A program made the position numbers and the translations under genes. The notes below the pieces were generated by a model. The model saw only the letters and a program-made list of their open reading frames with translations. It did no database searches and was not told the DNA's origin. 64,000 nt of DNA from Candidatus Uhrbacteria bacterium (GTDB lineage Bacteria; Patescibacteriota; Patescibacteriia; UBA9934; GWF2-40-263), in NCBI GenBank assembly GCA_026395055.1, contig JAPLZK010000003.1, positions 278,379 through 342,378 on the forward strand. The letters run 5' to 3'. Every line of letters begins with the position of its first letter. Positions within the stretch are counted from its first letter, which is position 1. This document shows, one piece after another, positions 9,641 through 19,162 of the stretch.

Positions 9641-9734
9641 ATTCCTGATCTCGGCCCATCGCATACAAGCGAAGAGCGAATCCACATATCACAAATAAAA
9701 AAACACCCATCTTTACAACAGGTGTTTCCACTCG

Positions 9735-10649
9735 TTAAACCTTTAAATGTTTTCTCATGGCCAAAGCCGTTGAACCCATAGTCACCACGAGAAGAGCAAG
9801 GAATTGCGCCCCAAAGATCAAAAGCCCATGTTGTTCAAAATACGAGACGAGTCCGGTTGTTCCTGATCCAAAGTATTGATTGAATTTTGGTTCAATGAAC
9901 GCAAGTGTTGGATACACAATGGCGATCACGATGAGAATGGAGAGCAAACTCAGGATAATCGTTTCCACCAAAAATGGCATGCGAATGAAGTTGCTTGAAG
10001 CTCCAACCAATCGCATGATCCCAATTTCTTCACGATGAATGAAAATGGCAACACGGACGGTATTGAAAATGATCAACAAAGCAATGAGAAAGAAAATTGC
10101 AGATAACACGATTCCTCCCGTACGAATTTCGTCTGTTGTTTGTCGGATCTTACTTACAATCGATTGATAATCGGAAAAATCTTTTTGACGAATGGCGTCA
10201 CGGAAGCGTGGATTATCAAGAGCAGCAATGATGGCGTCAAAATCTTTTGCACTATGTGCTTTGATAATAAGTGTGGGACCAAACGGATTTTTTCCAAGCT
10301 CGTCTAGGGAACTTAAGATTGCCTGATCTCCCGCGTGACGTTGTTTAAAGGCAACAAGCGCGTCATCTGCATAAATCTCTTGAACATCTTTTACTTGTGG
10401 AAGCGTTCGAAGATACGTCAAGGCATCCGTGACTTTTGCCGGATCTGCATTCTCATTGAAATAAACCGAGACCTCAATGCGATTTTCTACAAAAGAAATA
10501 GCCTGATCTGTCACACGATTCAACACGAGCAAAATATTGATGGTAAGCAAGGTTAACACCAACATACTGATGGTGATAACCGAAAGCCAAATATTGCGCC
10601 AAAAATTCTGGAAGGCAAATTTAATGATGCGGTAGGTAGAAGTCAGCAT
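9735..10649 (-). CDS. ftsX: Cell division permease FtsX
   Basis: NFWRN, FNTVRVAIF...EIGIMRLVGAS..FIRMPF; 4 TM; adjacent to ftsE. Confidence 0.93.
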   Translation of the reverse strand: MLTSTYRIIKFAFQNFWRNIWLSVITISMLVLTLLTINILLVLNRVTDQAISFVENRIEVSVYFNENADPAKVTDALTYLRTLPQVKDVQEIYADDALVAFKQRHAGDQAILSSLDELGKNPFGPTLIIKAHSAKDFDAIIAALDNPRFRDAIRQKDFSDYQSIVSKIRQTTDEIRTGGIVLSAIFFLIALLIIFNTVRVAIFIHREEIGIMRLVGASSNFIRMPFLVETIILSLLSILIVIAIVYPTLAFIEPKFNQYFGSGTTGLVSYFEQHGLLIFGAQFLALLVVTMGSTALAMRKHLKV

Positions 10650-10654
10650 AGCTT

Positions 10655-11335
10655 CTATAATTTATAACGTCCTTCTTCAACGTCAGAGACAATCTTTCCT
10701 CCGTCGAGCGTAATCACGCGACGTTTCAATCGATTCACAATTTCGTGATCATGTGTCACAAGCACAACCGTGGTTCCAAATTCATTGATCTTTTTGAGAA
10801 GCTCGAGAATATCTCTACTGTTTAGGGTGTCTAGATTCCCCGTTGGTTCATCTGCAACAAGAATCTTTGGTTGATGTACAAGCGCACGTGCAATCGCAAC
10901 ACGTTGTTGCTCACCACCCGAGAGTTGTTGAGGGAACCTATGTGACTTGTCGTCAAGACCCACAATAGAGAGCACACGTGGAACAACTTCTCTTACACGT
11001 ACAGATGGAATTCCTGCAACCTGAAGAGCAAACGCGACGTTTTCGTAAACGGTTTTCTTTTGCAGTAACTTAAAATCTTGAAAGACCACACCAATCTGAC
11101 GGCGTAATAACGGAACATCATTCGGACTAATTTTTGTAATATCCCACCCACCAATTTCAACCGTCCCCTTTGAAGGACGTTCTTCCGCAAAGAGTAATTT
11201 GGCAAGTGTACTCTTCCCTGTTCCGCTTTGTCCGACAATGGAAATAAACTCTCCGGGTTCAACACGAAGATTCACGGTATCCAATCCAATCACATCGGGC
11301 GGATAAAATTTGGAAACGTTTTTGAAATGAATCAT
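10655..11335 (-). CDS. ftsE: Cell division ATP-binding protein FtsE
   Basis: GQSGTGKST, RRQIGVVFQDFKLL, LSGGEQQR, ADEPTGNLD. Confidence 0.95.
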   Translation of the reverse strand: MIHFKNVSKFYPPDVIGLDTVNLRVEPGEFISIVGQSGTGKSTLAKLLFAEERPSKGTVEIGGWDITKISPNDVPLLRRQIGVVFQDFKLLQKKTVYENVAFALQVAGIPSVRVREVVPRVLSIVGLDDKSHRFPQQLSGGEQQRVAIARALVHQPKILVADEPTGNLDTLNSRDILELLKKINEFGTTVVLVTHDHEIVNRLKRRVITLDGGKIVSDVEEGRYKL

Positions 11336-11399
11336 GTAAAAAGTTACAGGGCTCGATAAAATGTCGATGACGTCATCGACAGACCACGAAAACTGAACG

Positions 11400-11756
11400 T
11401 TATTGGAGAAGCTGAACACGAACCGGAACGGTTCCCGTTGATAAAGAGGCGATCTTTTTGAACGCCATCTTATCAAGATCAATGATGCGCTCAGGATGTT
11501 TCTTGCTGTTTGGTCCGTAGTCATTCACGCGTACAGTGACAGACTTTGTTGGATCATCTGTGCGCGAGACAACAAGATACGATCCTTTTGGATACAACGT
11601 GGAGGCGGCGCAGTTACATCCTTTGTAGGCATACCATGTTGCGAAACCCTGTTCTTGTGCAGGAAGAACCTTTGCGAGAAGTTCTTTTGGATGCGCAAAG
11701 AACGAAAACAGAAGCACAAGTGTAGTAATGGACACGAGAAATTCCTTTTTTATCAT
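11400..11756 (-). CDS. RlpA-like double-psi beta-barrel protein, exported
   Basis: Signal peptide; ATWY, AAS, VRVNDYGP, RIIDL. Confidence 0.8.
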   Translation of the reverse strand: MIKKEFLVSITTLVLLFSFFAHPKELLAKVLPAQEQGFATWYAYKGCNCAASTLYPKGSYLVVSRTDDPTKSVTVRVNDYGPNSKKHPERIIDLDKMAFKKIASLSTGTVPVRVQLLQ

Positions 11757-11887
11757 AGAGTTCAACCATGCATATCATACCTGGCCAAACAGAATTCGAC
11801 AAATGATTGCATGCAACGGATCTTGACGAATCATACAATTATGATAATCTTCTTTTCTTCCGTGAGACACACGGTTGTGGAGATAAA

Positions 11888-12271
11888 ATGAAGACCAAAG
11901 AATATTTCGGTCCACCAATCGATCACCCGGGTCAACACCTCAAGGCAACCTGGCACGGAAAACTCGACCAGCAATCCAACGACATTCAACAAGGCATTCA
12001 CATGCTTCGTACGGGATGGGACTGGTCAAGAGCCCCCCTTCCAGACACACTCGAATTCAAGTTCGATGACAATATGACGGTGAAGGGTGCGCCATTCGAA
12101 GGTTACTCATCCTTCAGTCGTCCAGAAAACAAGATCCGTTTCGTGATCGCGGAATGGGATGAACGTATCCTCCGCTTTTACTTCATCGAGATCGCTGGAA
12201 ACGACGTCAAGGTGGATGTGCGCGAAAACCCACCTGATCCTCGCCGAGACGTCCATTTCCCCGCCCCGTAG
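11888..12271 (+). CDS. Hypothetical protein (stand-alone unit)
   Basis: TTGACG promoter at 11823, GGAG SD, terminator directly after the stop. Confidence 0.65.
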   Translation: MKTKEYFGPPIDHPGQHLKATWHGKLDQQSNDIQQGIHMLRTGWDWSRAPLPDTLEFKFDDNMTVKGAPFEGYSSFSRPENKIRFVIAEWDERILRFYFIEIAGNDVKVDVRENPPDPRRDVHFPAP

Positions 12272-12343
12272 CCTCTTCCCATCCTTGTGATGGGTTTTTT
12301 TATCCCTTGAATCTTCAGACGCGTTTTCTTATCATTCCCCCGC

Positions 12344-12425
12344 GCCGATGCAGCTCAGCCCCGACGACACTTCGCGTGTCGGGGAGCCAACATTCAACAA
12401 CAGAAACCATGTTGAATCGTCGGCT
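12344..12425 (+). ncRNA. tRNA-Thr-like element lacking anticodon and T arms
   Basis: GCCGATGCAGCTCAG matches the tRNA-Thr 5' end at 14/15; GCCGATG pairs with CGTCGGC (12418-12424); two internal hairpins; promoter TTGAAT-17-TATCAT at 12307-12335. Confidence 0.55.
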
Positions 12426-12450
12426 TTGGTAAAGCGCAAAGAAACATTTA

Positions 12451-12526
12451 GCCGATGTAGCTCAGTTGGTAGAGCAATACTTTCGTAAAGTAGAGGTCGC
12501 GGGTTCGAATCCCGCCCTCGGCTCCA
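12451..12526 (+). tRNA. tRNA-Thr(CGT)
   Basis: Cloverleaf, TTCGTAA anticodon loop, TTCGAAT T-loop, CCA. Confidence 0.95.
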
Positions 12527-12569
12527 GATAAAAAGAACCGTCACAGAGACGGTTCTTTTTATCTGGAGC
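12521..12569. terminator. Bidirectional terminator whose stem extends into the tRNA 3' end
   Basis: GCTCCAGATAAAAAGAACCGTC / GACGGTTCTTTTTATCTGGAGC perfect inverted repeat. Confidence 0.8.
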
Positions 12570-13210
12570 TATTGTTTATCTGCGAACACCACAAGTCGCT
12601 TTGGGTATCTTTTCAAAATTCTATTCCAAATCCCTTCACAGGTAATCAAATTCAAGTGTGAGTGATCGTCATTTACCCCAAACACTTCCGGAACGTTCTC
12701 ACTTGCGCTATACGTGCGAGTATCTCGCACAATAAATGTGATCACGCTCCCTTTTTGATCTTCCACAAAAATCTGATCACCCTTTTTCAATGCATCTAAA
12801 TGATTAAAGACGGTTGGAATTCCATTCTTCCAACGACCAAAATGTCCAACCAAGATCGCGCTTCCTATTTCTCCCGGACGTGCAGAAAGATTAAACCAAG
12901 CAGCGTTTGTGGGCCCTTTTGGGACACCAACTTCTCCCAGAATATTCAGACCAACATGTTCAAGCGTGGCATCAACATGAATGCTTGGAATCTTGAGACG
13001 CACCGGAAGATCTGGAACAGCTTGTGTCTTTTGCGTTTCGCCTGAAATGATGATCGCCTGATTCATCGCTGTTGGAATTTGCTTTGCGTAAGAAATCTGA
13101 CGAGGAAGATTAAAGACAATAACCGACAACGAAAAACACGCAACGCTTAGTGCACCAAAAATAAGCAGTGTCCATTTGGATGGAATGGTGAAAGGGCGTC
13201 TCACATTCAT
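12569..13210 (-). CDS. Class F sortase
   Basis: N-terminal TM; PVRLKIPSI, PGEIGSAILVGH, LNLITC, KRLVVFA (His/Cys/Arg triad). Confidence 0.9.
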   Translation of the reverse strand: MNVRRPFTIPSKWTLLIFGALSVACFSLSVIVFNLPRQISYAKQIPTAMNQAIIISGETQKTQAVPDLPVRLKIPSIHVDATLEHVGLNILGEVGVPKGPTNAAWFNLSARPGEIGSAILVGHFGRWKNGIPTVFNHLDALKKGDQIFVEDQKGSVITFIVRDTRTYSASENVPEVFGVNDDHSHLNLITCEGIWNRILKRYPKRLVVFADKQ

Positions 13211-13245
13211 AGGACAAAACCAGACAGAAATGTCTGGTTTTAAAA

Positions 13246-13761
13246 TTAATTCAATGGAGCTGTTTCTCCTACGGCTTCATCTGCCACATCTGCATCTGCA
13301 TCCGCTTTGGTTTTGTGAATACGTCCATCAATATGATTTGGTGGGGCGTACGTGGTATAAACTTTCAGATCCGTCTTCCCTGTGTTCCAAAAATTATGTT
13401 CTGTCCCAGGAACAACCACGACAACGTCTCCTGGACCGATAGGAAATTTCTTTCCGTTCAGTTCTGCCTCTCCTGTTCCAGAAAGAAAAAAGAGTGTTTG
13501 TTCTGTGTACGTATGTATTTCTTGACCAATCTCGCCACCTGGCGGAATGCTCATAACGACAAGCTGGCTCTTTTTCCCCGTATACAAGACACGTCGAAAA
13601 TTTTCATTCTCTGCCGTTTCCTTCAGAATATTTGTGTGATAACTCATAGGGATCTTTGCTGCCAAAGACAGAGCGGATGACTCTGTCTTTGGCGTAAACG
13701 GCGTAACGCACCCCACACCAATCAGGGAAAGTCCCGCGAGAAGAATCAGGATGCGATGCAT
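13246..13761 (-). CDS. Cupin domain protein with N-terminal lipoprotein-like signal
   Basis: NENFRRVLYTG, GEIGQEIH, PGTEHN; leader LLAGLSLIGVGC. Confidence 0.85.
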   Translation of the reverse strand: MHRILILLAGLSLIGVGCVTPFTPKTESSALSLAAKIPMSYHTNILKETAENENFRRVLYTGKKSQLVVMSIPPGGEIGQEIHTYTEQTLFFLSGTGEAELNGKKFPIGPGDVVVVVPGTEHNFWNTGKTDLKVYTTYAPPNHIDGRIHKTKADADADVADEAVGETAPLN

Positions 13762-13788
13762 AAACAGATTTTATTGAACGAAACCAGG

Positions 13789-15567
13789 CTAAGCGTTCTT
13801 TTGGCGAATTGCGTAAAGTAAGATTCCAACCATGGCTACACTAAAGAGAACGGCGAGTGTCAATGGAGTGTTTGCTTCTGAGAAAATTCCTGTGTTTGGC
13901 AATTTTGGAACGGCTGCAGCAACAACAACTGTTGCGATGGCAAAGTCTCTAACAGAGAGACCATTTGCCCAACCTGTTGCAACGGCTGTGTTTGTTGTGG
14001 TTTGCGCGAGCTTTGATTGACATGTATAGGTCCATGTCTCTGTGGGATCAAGCTGATTATTCTTATTTGTGTCACCAGAAATCATTTTCATTGGCGCACA
14101 CTTGTCATCTGTTAATGTAACGTTGCTCAATGGAACCGTTCCTGGATTCGTAACCTTTTCCGTATAGGTTACCAACCCTCCACCCGCTTTAAGCGCAAGA
14201 GGACTTGGAACTTTTGTCACATGAATGAGTGGTGGAATAATAGGAACACCAACAATCACGGTTGCACTTGCAATATCTGTTGCAGAAAGACCGTTTGCCC
14301 AACCTGTTGCAACGACGTTATTCGTGTGTGTTTCTGTAAGATTTGTTGTACATGTGTAAACCCATGTTTCATTCAGATCGAGTTTTGTATCTCCATTTAC
14401 ATCTCCTGATGAAAGAACAATTGGGCTGCAAGAATCGCCAACCATTGTGACGTTTGTTACAGGAACCGTTCCGATATTTTTAAGCGTATATGTATATAAA
14501 ACAGATCCGGGACCATTTGGTAATGCTAATGGACTTGGAACTTTTACAACGTCAATGAGTGGTGGAACAGGTGGAACAACCACAGGTGCGCCAATATCAT
14601 TGTTTGTGATGACACAGAATTTGTTGTCACCCGGATTCAGGTTCAAATGACCATCTGATGTACAGTCACCCGAAAATGTAGCTGTATAGTTTGCGTTCGA
14701 TGTTTCGGAAATATTGAAAATACGACCAGTTGTTGGAAAGTTAGTAGTTGCACCAGATGCAACAGGTCCACCATCCACAAACAACGGAAAATCAGAAACC
14801 TTTTTCGTACCTCCATTGTCATTGATCACGATTTTTACAACGTTAATATTCCCTGTTCCTGGACCCGCTTGAACAGGTGTTGTGCACGTAGGTCCGGTGA
14901 TTGTATTGTGAATCATTGTAACATCTCCTGTTCCACCAAATACCAACGCACGACCGTTCAAGGTTGTCCCACTGGTATCAAAGTGAACACCAGAACCTGC
15001 AAGAATTGTTCCGACGAATGAACTTCCGTTAATTGTTGCCAATGTTTGAACATCCCAAAAGACATCACACGCCCTTGCTCCGTTTTGCAAATCGATGGAT
15101 CCTGAAGAAATAAAGTCACTAGAAGCTCTGAAGATATACACCCCCGGACCATTCAAGTGAAGGATTCCACCGTTTAATCGTCCAGCTCCGATGTCATAAA
15201 CACCTGTTGTAAGTGTTAATCCATCAAGAGCAGGTCCGATGCTGGCTGTTGAACCCTGACTCAAAATATTTCCGTCTGCTGTACCAGCGTTTGCATGAGC
15301 TGTTATAGCGGTAGAATCATTGTTGTGCGTTGTTCCTCCTACGGTAAGTGTTCCTGCATCTGCAATAGAGGTCCCTGGTGAAACACCAACATCTCCAGAG
15401 AGAGATGAGATACCTGCGTTCGTTACACTTGCTGAACCAAGAACGGAAAACGTTGCCGCGCCACCTAATCCTGGATCTGAAGCCGCCAATGCGGTCATTG
15501 GGCCCATGAAACTCACAGCTGACGCAAAAGCCAGCAAGCCTCAAGAGGCTTTACGAAATAAATTCAT
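13789..15567 (-). CDS. Ice-binding-like (DUF3494) surface protein with Ig-like repeats and LPNTG sorting signal; in-frame TGA at codon 9 (possible pseudogene)
   Basis: ATFSVLGSASVTN, GDVGVSPG, GVY, VFWDV, FVGTILA, NGRAL; two KVPSPLAL...TYTC repeats; LPNTG-TM-RQK; ATG 15567 then TGA 15543-15541. Confidence 0.85.
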
Positions 15568-15680
15568 AGATTGTGATGAACGAATTATTATTACAATTAT
15601 AAAATTAAATTGTATATTACGAATAAGTATACTCTTCATTTCAGAAAACAAATACCCCACACATCGTGCGGGGTATTTGT

Positions 15681-16784
15681 TTAGATCTTGATCAGCGTCT
15701 TTACAGAAACGTTCGCCAAATAATCTGCGACCACTTGATCCAACGTCTTTTTTGGAACGGTGATGGTGTACAAATGTAATTGCTCGTCTGTCGGTGCCGC
15801 TTTTGGATCCGCCTTCTTTCCTTTTGCTTCTTGTGACTTGATACGATCTGTTACCTTAAAGATGGCGTATCCTTGTGGAAGATCAATGACATCTGTCACC
15901 TTTCCACTTTCCAAATCAGCCACTTTACTTCCCCAGGCTTCTGGTAAGTCTGATTTTTTCACAAACCCTAAATCACTCTTTAAATCAATTTTTACACGAC
16001 CATGAACTTCTGTTCCGACTTTCTCAAAATCCTCCCCACCTGTTGTGACACGTGTATGCGCCGCATTGATTTCGTCGCGGAGAGGTTTTTGAAAATAGTC
16101 ACTTGCGGCAATATAATCACTCACTTCTGTGGAAAGAACGATAGGTTCTACCACATGCTGTTTAAATTCTGGAATGGTCCAGCCAAACGTTTCTTTGATC
16201 TTCTGTTCAATGTCCCCTGGAGCTTGACCTGCATTTGACTGAAGAAAATTCTGATAAAACGCTTCAACTTTGTTTTGATCTAGACTTAGTCCGTAGTTTG
16301 AAGCAAGGGTTTTTACAACCGCTTTGTTTGAAAGCGTTTGAACGATCATGGTGTGAAGTTGTTCGTCTGTTGGAGCAGGGCTTCCCGCAGATGCGGAAGA
16401 GGCAAAATATTTCTTCAATGAATCTTGTTCGCTGTAAAATTCTTTATACGTAATAACACTTCTTCCAACCATAATGGCTGGAAACGGCAAGCGCATCGTC
16501 AATGCTTGAACGGTTTTGTCTGTGGAGGCATGTGTATAAACAAATGCGCTCAACGCTCCTGTTACAAGAACAGCAGCACCAATAATTCCGAGCGCAATAT
16601 GATGTGTACGATTTTTTTTCTTTGTGACAACAGGTTCCACAGGAAGCGTTGTTTCTGGAACAATCAAATGTTCGTCTGATTGATCTGTTGTGCACATGTC
16701 TGCATCTGTACAAATATGATCATTGTCAGCAGTTGTTACGTCTGAACCGGATTCGATCATCGTTTCTTCTTGTTCATTCATCAT
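15681..16784 (-). CDS. SurA/PrsA-like foldase (SurA N-domain + parvulin-like)
   Basis: TM anchor, PFPAIMVG, GEDFEKV, DLGFV, GKVTDVI...GYAIFKV. Confidence 0.75.
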   Translation of the reverse strand: MMNEQEETMIESGSDVTTADNDHICTDADMCTTDQSDEHLIVPETTLPVEPVVTKKKNRTHHIALGIIGAAVLVTGALSAFVYTHASTDKTVQALTMRLPFPAIMVGRSVITYKEFYSEQDSLKKYFASSASAGSPAPTDEQLHTMIVQTLSNKAVVKTLASNYGLSLDQNKVEAFYQNFLQSNAGQAPGDIEQKIKETFGWTIPEFKQHVVEPIVLSTEVSDYIAASDYFQKPLRDEINAAHTRVTTGGEDFEKVGTEVHGRVKIDLKSDLGFVKKSDLPEAWGSKVADLESGKVTDVIDLPQGYAIFKVTDRIKSQEAKGKKADPKAAPTDEQLHLYTITVPKKTLDQVVADYLANVSVKTLIKI

Positions 16785-17236
16785 AGAGATTGTGCATCAC
16801 GATAAGCTTGTTTATTGAAGAAGTAATACCACCACTTTGAGGAGTTTGCAAGCGGTTTTTGCGCAACGTTCGCTTGCACTCCGTCATCTGCTTGCTGATT
16901 TTTGGAAGATTCTGTGTTTGCTCCTGTCCCCGTCTGTTCATTTCTTAAGATAACAAGTGATTCTCCGGGTTTTTTGAGCCCAAGCTTTAATCGTGCTTCA
17001 CGTTCCGCATAAGATTCCGTCTGTACAGCGGTCTTGAGATCTCCAATAGCTAAATGCTGCGTCTGAAGCGATTGAGATTGCTTTTGAAGAGCTTGGATCT
17101 GCTCTGCAATGTCATGACTGTGAATCATTTCTCTCACAAATGAAAATCCAACCACAAGAATCAACAAAACATTCACGATGTAAAACCATCGTGTGTGAAA
17201 TAATCGAACAAATCCGTGTGAAGAAGGCTTAGTCAT
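16781..17236 (-). CDS. Septum formation initiator (FtsB/DivIC-like)
   Basis: TM, coiled coil, EREARLKLGLKKPGE, C-terminal KWWYYFF. Confidence 0.8.
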   Translation of the reverse strand: MTKPSSHGFVRLFHTRWFYIVNVLLILVVGFSFVREMIHSHDIAEQIQALQKQSQSLQTQHLAIGDLKTAVQTESYAEREARLKLGLKKPGESLVILRNEQTGTGANTESSKNQQADDGVQANVAQKPLANSSKWWYYFFNKQAYRDAQSL

Positions 17237-17723
17237 GCAGGGTTTTACGAAGATCATTCAACAGATCTTGTACACGTGAAGGGTTACGAATATGTCGAAA
17301 TGATAAGTCCGCTGCCGTTCCGTGTAACTTCACCATCACAGTTCCATATCCGAACACGGTCGAGAAAATCCCATGCATACGATAACTCACTTCGTCGATG
17401 TGATCAAAACCAGACTCCGTAACTACACGGTCAAAGAACCCTCGTTGATCAATATCGATGACGCGATGATCTGTAATCACAAAGAGCGTATGCGACCACG
17501 CACGAAATGTTCGCCAAAACAGAAAGATCCCAGACAAGACGAGAAGAAAAAACCCAATCGTTCCAAGGGCTCCCATGCGAAATAATGGGTACAGAAAAAA
17601 GAATGGAACCAAAAACCAGATCGCATACAAAAACAAGATACCACTCTTTGGCACCAATGATTCACGAACGATCATCAAGATCTCTTCGTTTGGTTTTGGA
17701 TGAATCAGGTCTTTTAACTTCAT
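17229..17723 (-). CDS. Membrane protein with bacterial PH domain
   Basis: 2 TM then VITDHRVIDIDQRGFF, IFSTVFGYGTV. Confidence 0.75.
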   Translation of the reverse strand: MKLKDLIHPKPNEEILMIVRESLVPKSGILFLYAIWFLVPFFFLYPLFRMGALGTIGFFLLVLSGIFLFWRTFRAWSHTLFVITDHRVIDIDQRGFFDRVVTESGFDHIDEVSYRMHGIFSTVFGYGTVMVKLHGTAADLSFRHIRNPSRVQDLLNDLRKTLHD

Positions 17724-19099
17724 ACGGTTTGCAATCGCTTGTGTAATGCCGCTCGCGCCGCAGATCGATCATCCCACGGAATCTTCTTTCCATTTGCAAC
17801 GGCCATAACGGGTTCACATCCTTTTCCCGTAATCAAAACGAGATCTCCAGGCTGAGCAAGCAGAATCGCCTTTTCAATAGATTCTCCGCGATCAAGCACG
17901 CGAAAAAGGTCAATTCCCTCTTTTTTTCCCGCCTCAATGGCTGCGTCTGCAACCTGATCGATGATTTCTTGAGGATCATCGTCATATGGATCTTCATTTG
18001 TCACAATCACAATACTATCCATATCCGCACACATACGTCCGAGAATAGGTCTACGTGCGACATCTCTTCCACCACCTGCCGATCCAACGACGTGAATAAT
18101 TTTCTTGTGAGCGAACAGTTTGATTGTGTCATAAATCGCATTCAACGCTGCGGGTTCATACGCATAATCAACCACAACAGAGAAGGATTGCCCTTCTTCG
18201 ATCCGTTCAAATCTTCCAGGAATGGTTTCAAGATGTGAAACAGCGTCTCGGAGTGCTTCAAAGTCTAACCCGAGAGCGCGACACACGGAAATAGCCGCAA
18301 GCGCATTCTCAAGATAAAATCGTCCCACAAGTGGAACGTGGAAATGCAATCCATTCAAAAGAAAACCTGTTGAATTTGGGGCATAGACGACATCTTCCGC
18401 AATGATCGGAACAATTGAGAGCGGACGATCTTCAAGAACTGCCCCCCTCCCAACCTCCCCCCTCGCAGGGGGAGGAGTCATCGTATCGATTCCAAATCCA
18501 AATGATCGATCCAATCCAACAGACAAAAACTCCGTTGCGTACGGACTCATTAAGTTTACGACGGCTGTTTTTTCAAAGACTTGTCCTTGAATCTTTTTGC
18601 GACGCGAATGTTTGGTGTGAACAAAGAGTTGTTTCTTGGCATGTTTATAATTTTCAAACCCTCCATGTGCTTCAATGTGTTCCGGAGTGAGGTTTGTAAA
18701 CACAACCACATCATAATTAATTCCAACATGACGTGACTGGCTGATTCCTTGCGAGGAAGTCTCGACGATTGCGTACGTGCATCCAGCATCTACCATTTGT
18801 CGCAACATCTTTTGCGTGGCAAATCGTCCAAGCATGGTCATCTTTTGATCATTTACCCATTCTTGTTCCGCAATTTTAAAACTTGCGGTCCCCGTCCACC
18901 CAACGCGTGCACCCGCATGTTCAAGCATGCGTCCAATAAACTCTGTTGTGGAAGACTTTCCATTTGTTCCTGTAACCCCAATCACAACCAACTCATTTGA
19001 GGGATGGCGATACAAAACAGCCGCCGCACGCGCAAGTGAGTAGTGATAGCGATTTATCAAGGATTCCGGAACCAATGTTCGAATCAGACGTTTCAACAT
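17720..19099 (-). CDS. murE: UDP-N-acetylmuramoyl-tripeptide synthetase MurE
   Basis: GVTGTNGKSS, VETSSQG, FTNLTPEH, PGRFE, VDYAY, GGGRD, ITGKG. Confidence 0.93.
   Translation of the reverse strand: MLKRLIRTLVPESLINRYHYSLARAAAVLYRHPSNELVVIGVTGTNGKSSTTEFIGRMLEHAGARVGWTGTASFKIAEQEWVNDQKMTMLGRFATQKMLRQMVDAGCTYAIVETSSQGISQSRHVGINYDVVVFTNLTPEHIEAHGGFENYKHAKKQLFVHTKHSRRKKIQGQVFEKTAVVNLMSPYATEFLSVGLDRSFGFGIDTMTPPPARGEVGRGAVLEDRPLSIVPIIAEDVVYAPNSTGFLLNGLHFHVPLVGRFYLENALAAISVCRALGLDFEALRDAVSHLETIPGRFERIEEGQSFSVVVDYAYEPAALNAIYDTIKLFAHKKIIHVVGSAGGGRDVARRPILGRMCADMDSIVIVTNEDPYDDDPQEIIDQVADAAIEAGKKEGIDLFRVLDRGESIEKAILLAQPGDLVLITGKGCEPVMAVANGKKIPWDDRSAARAALHKRLQTV
18442..18477. repeat. G/C palindromic repeat, in-frame within murE
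   Basis: CCCCCCTCCCAACCTCCCCC-CTCGCA-GGGGGAGGAG; encodes TPPPARGEVGRG. Confidence 0.7.
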
Positions 19100-19162
19100 A
19101 ACGGATCTATTCTACCATGAGAGAGAGAACAAAGAAAAAACCATGATTTCACGGAATCATGG

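Noticed and set aside
8621-9781. 386-aa plus-strand ORF
   Set aside because: Antisense to the phosphatase and runs through tRNA-Gln
15541-15543. TGA recoding (genetic code 25)
   Set aside because: Other long genes are intact under code 11 and several end at TGA (e.g. 7996, 8576, 60893); this is the only internal TGA noticed
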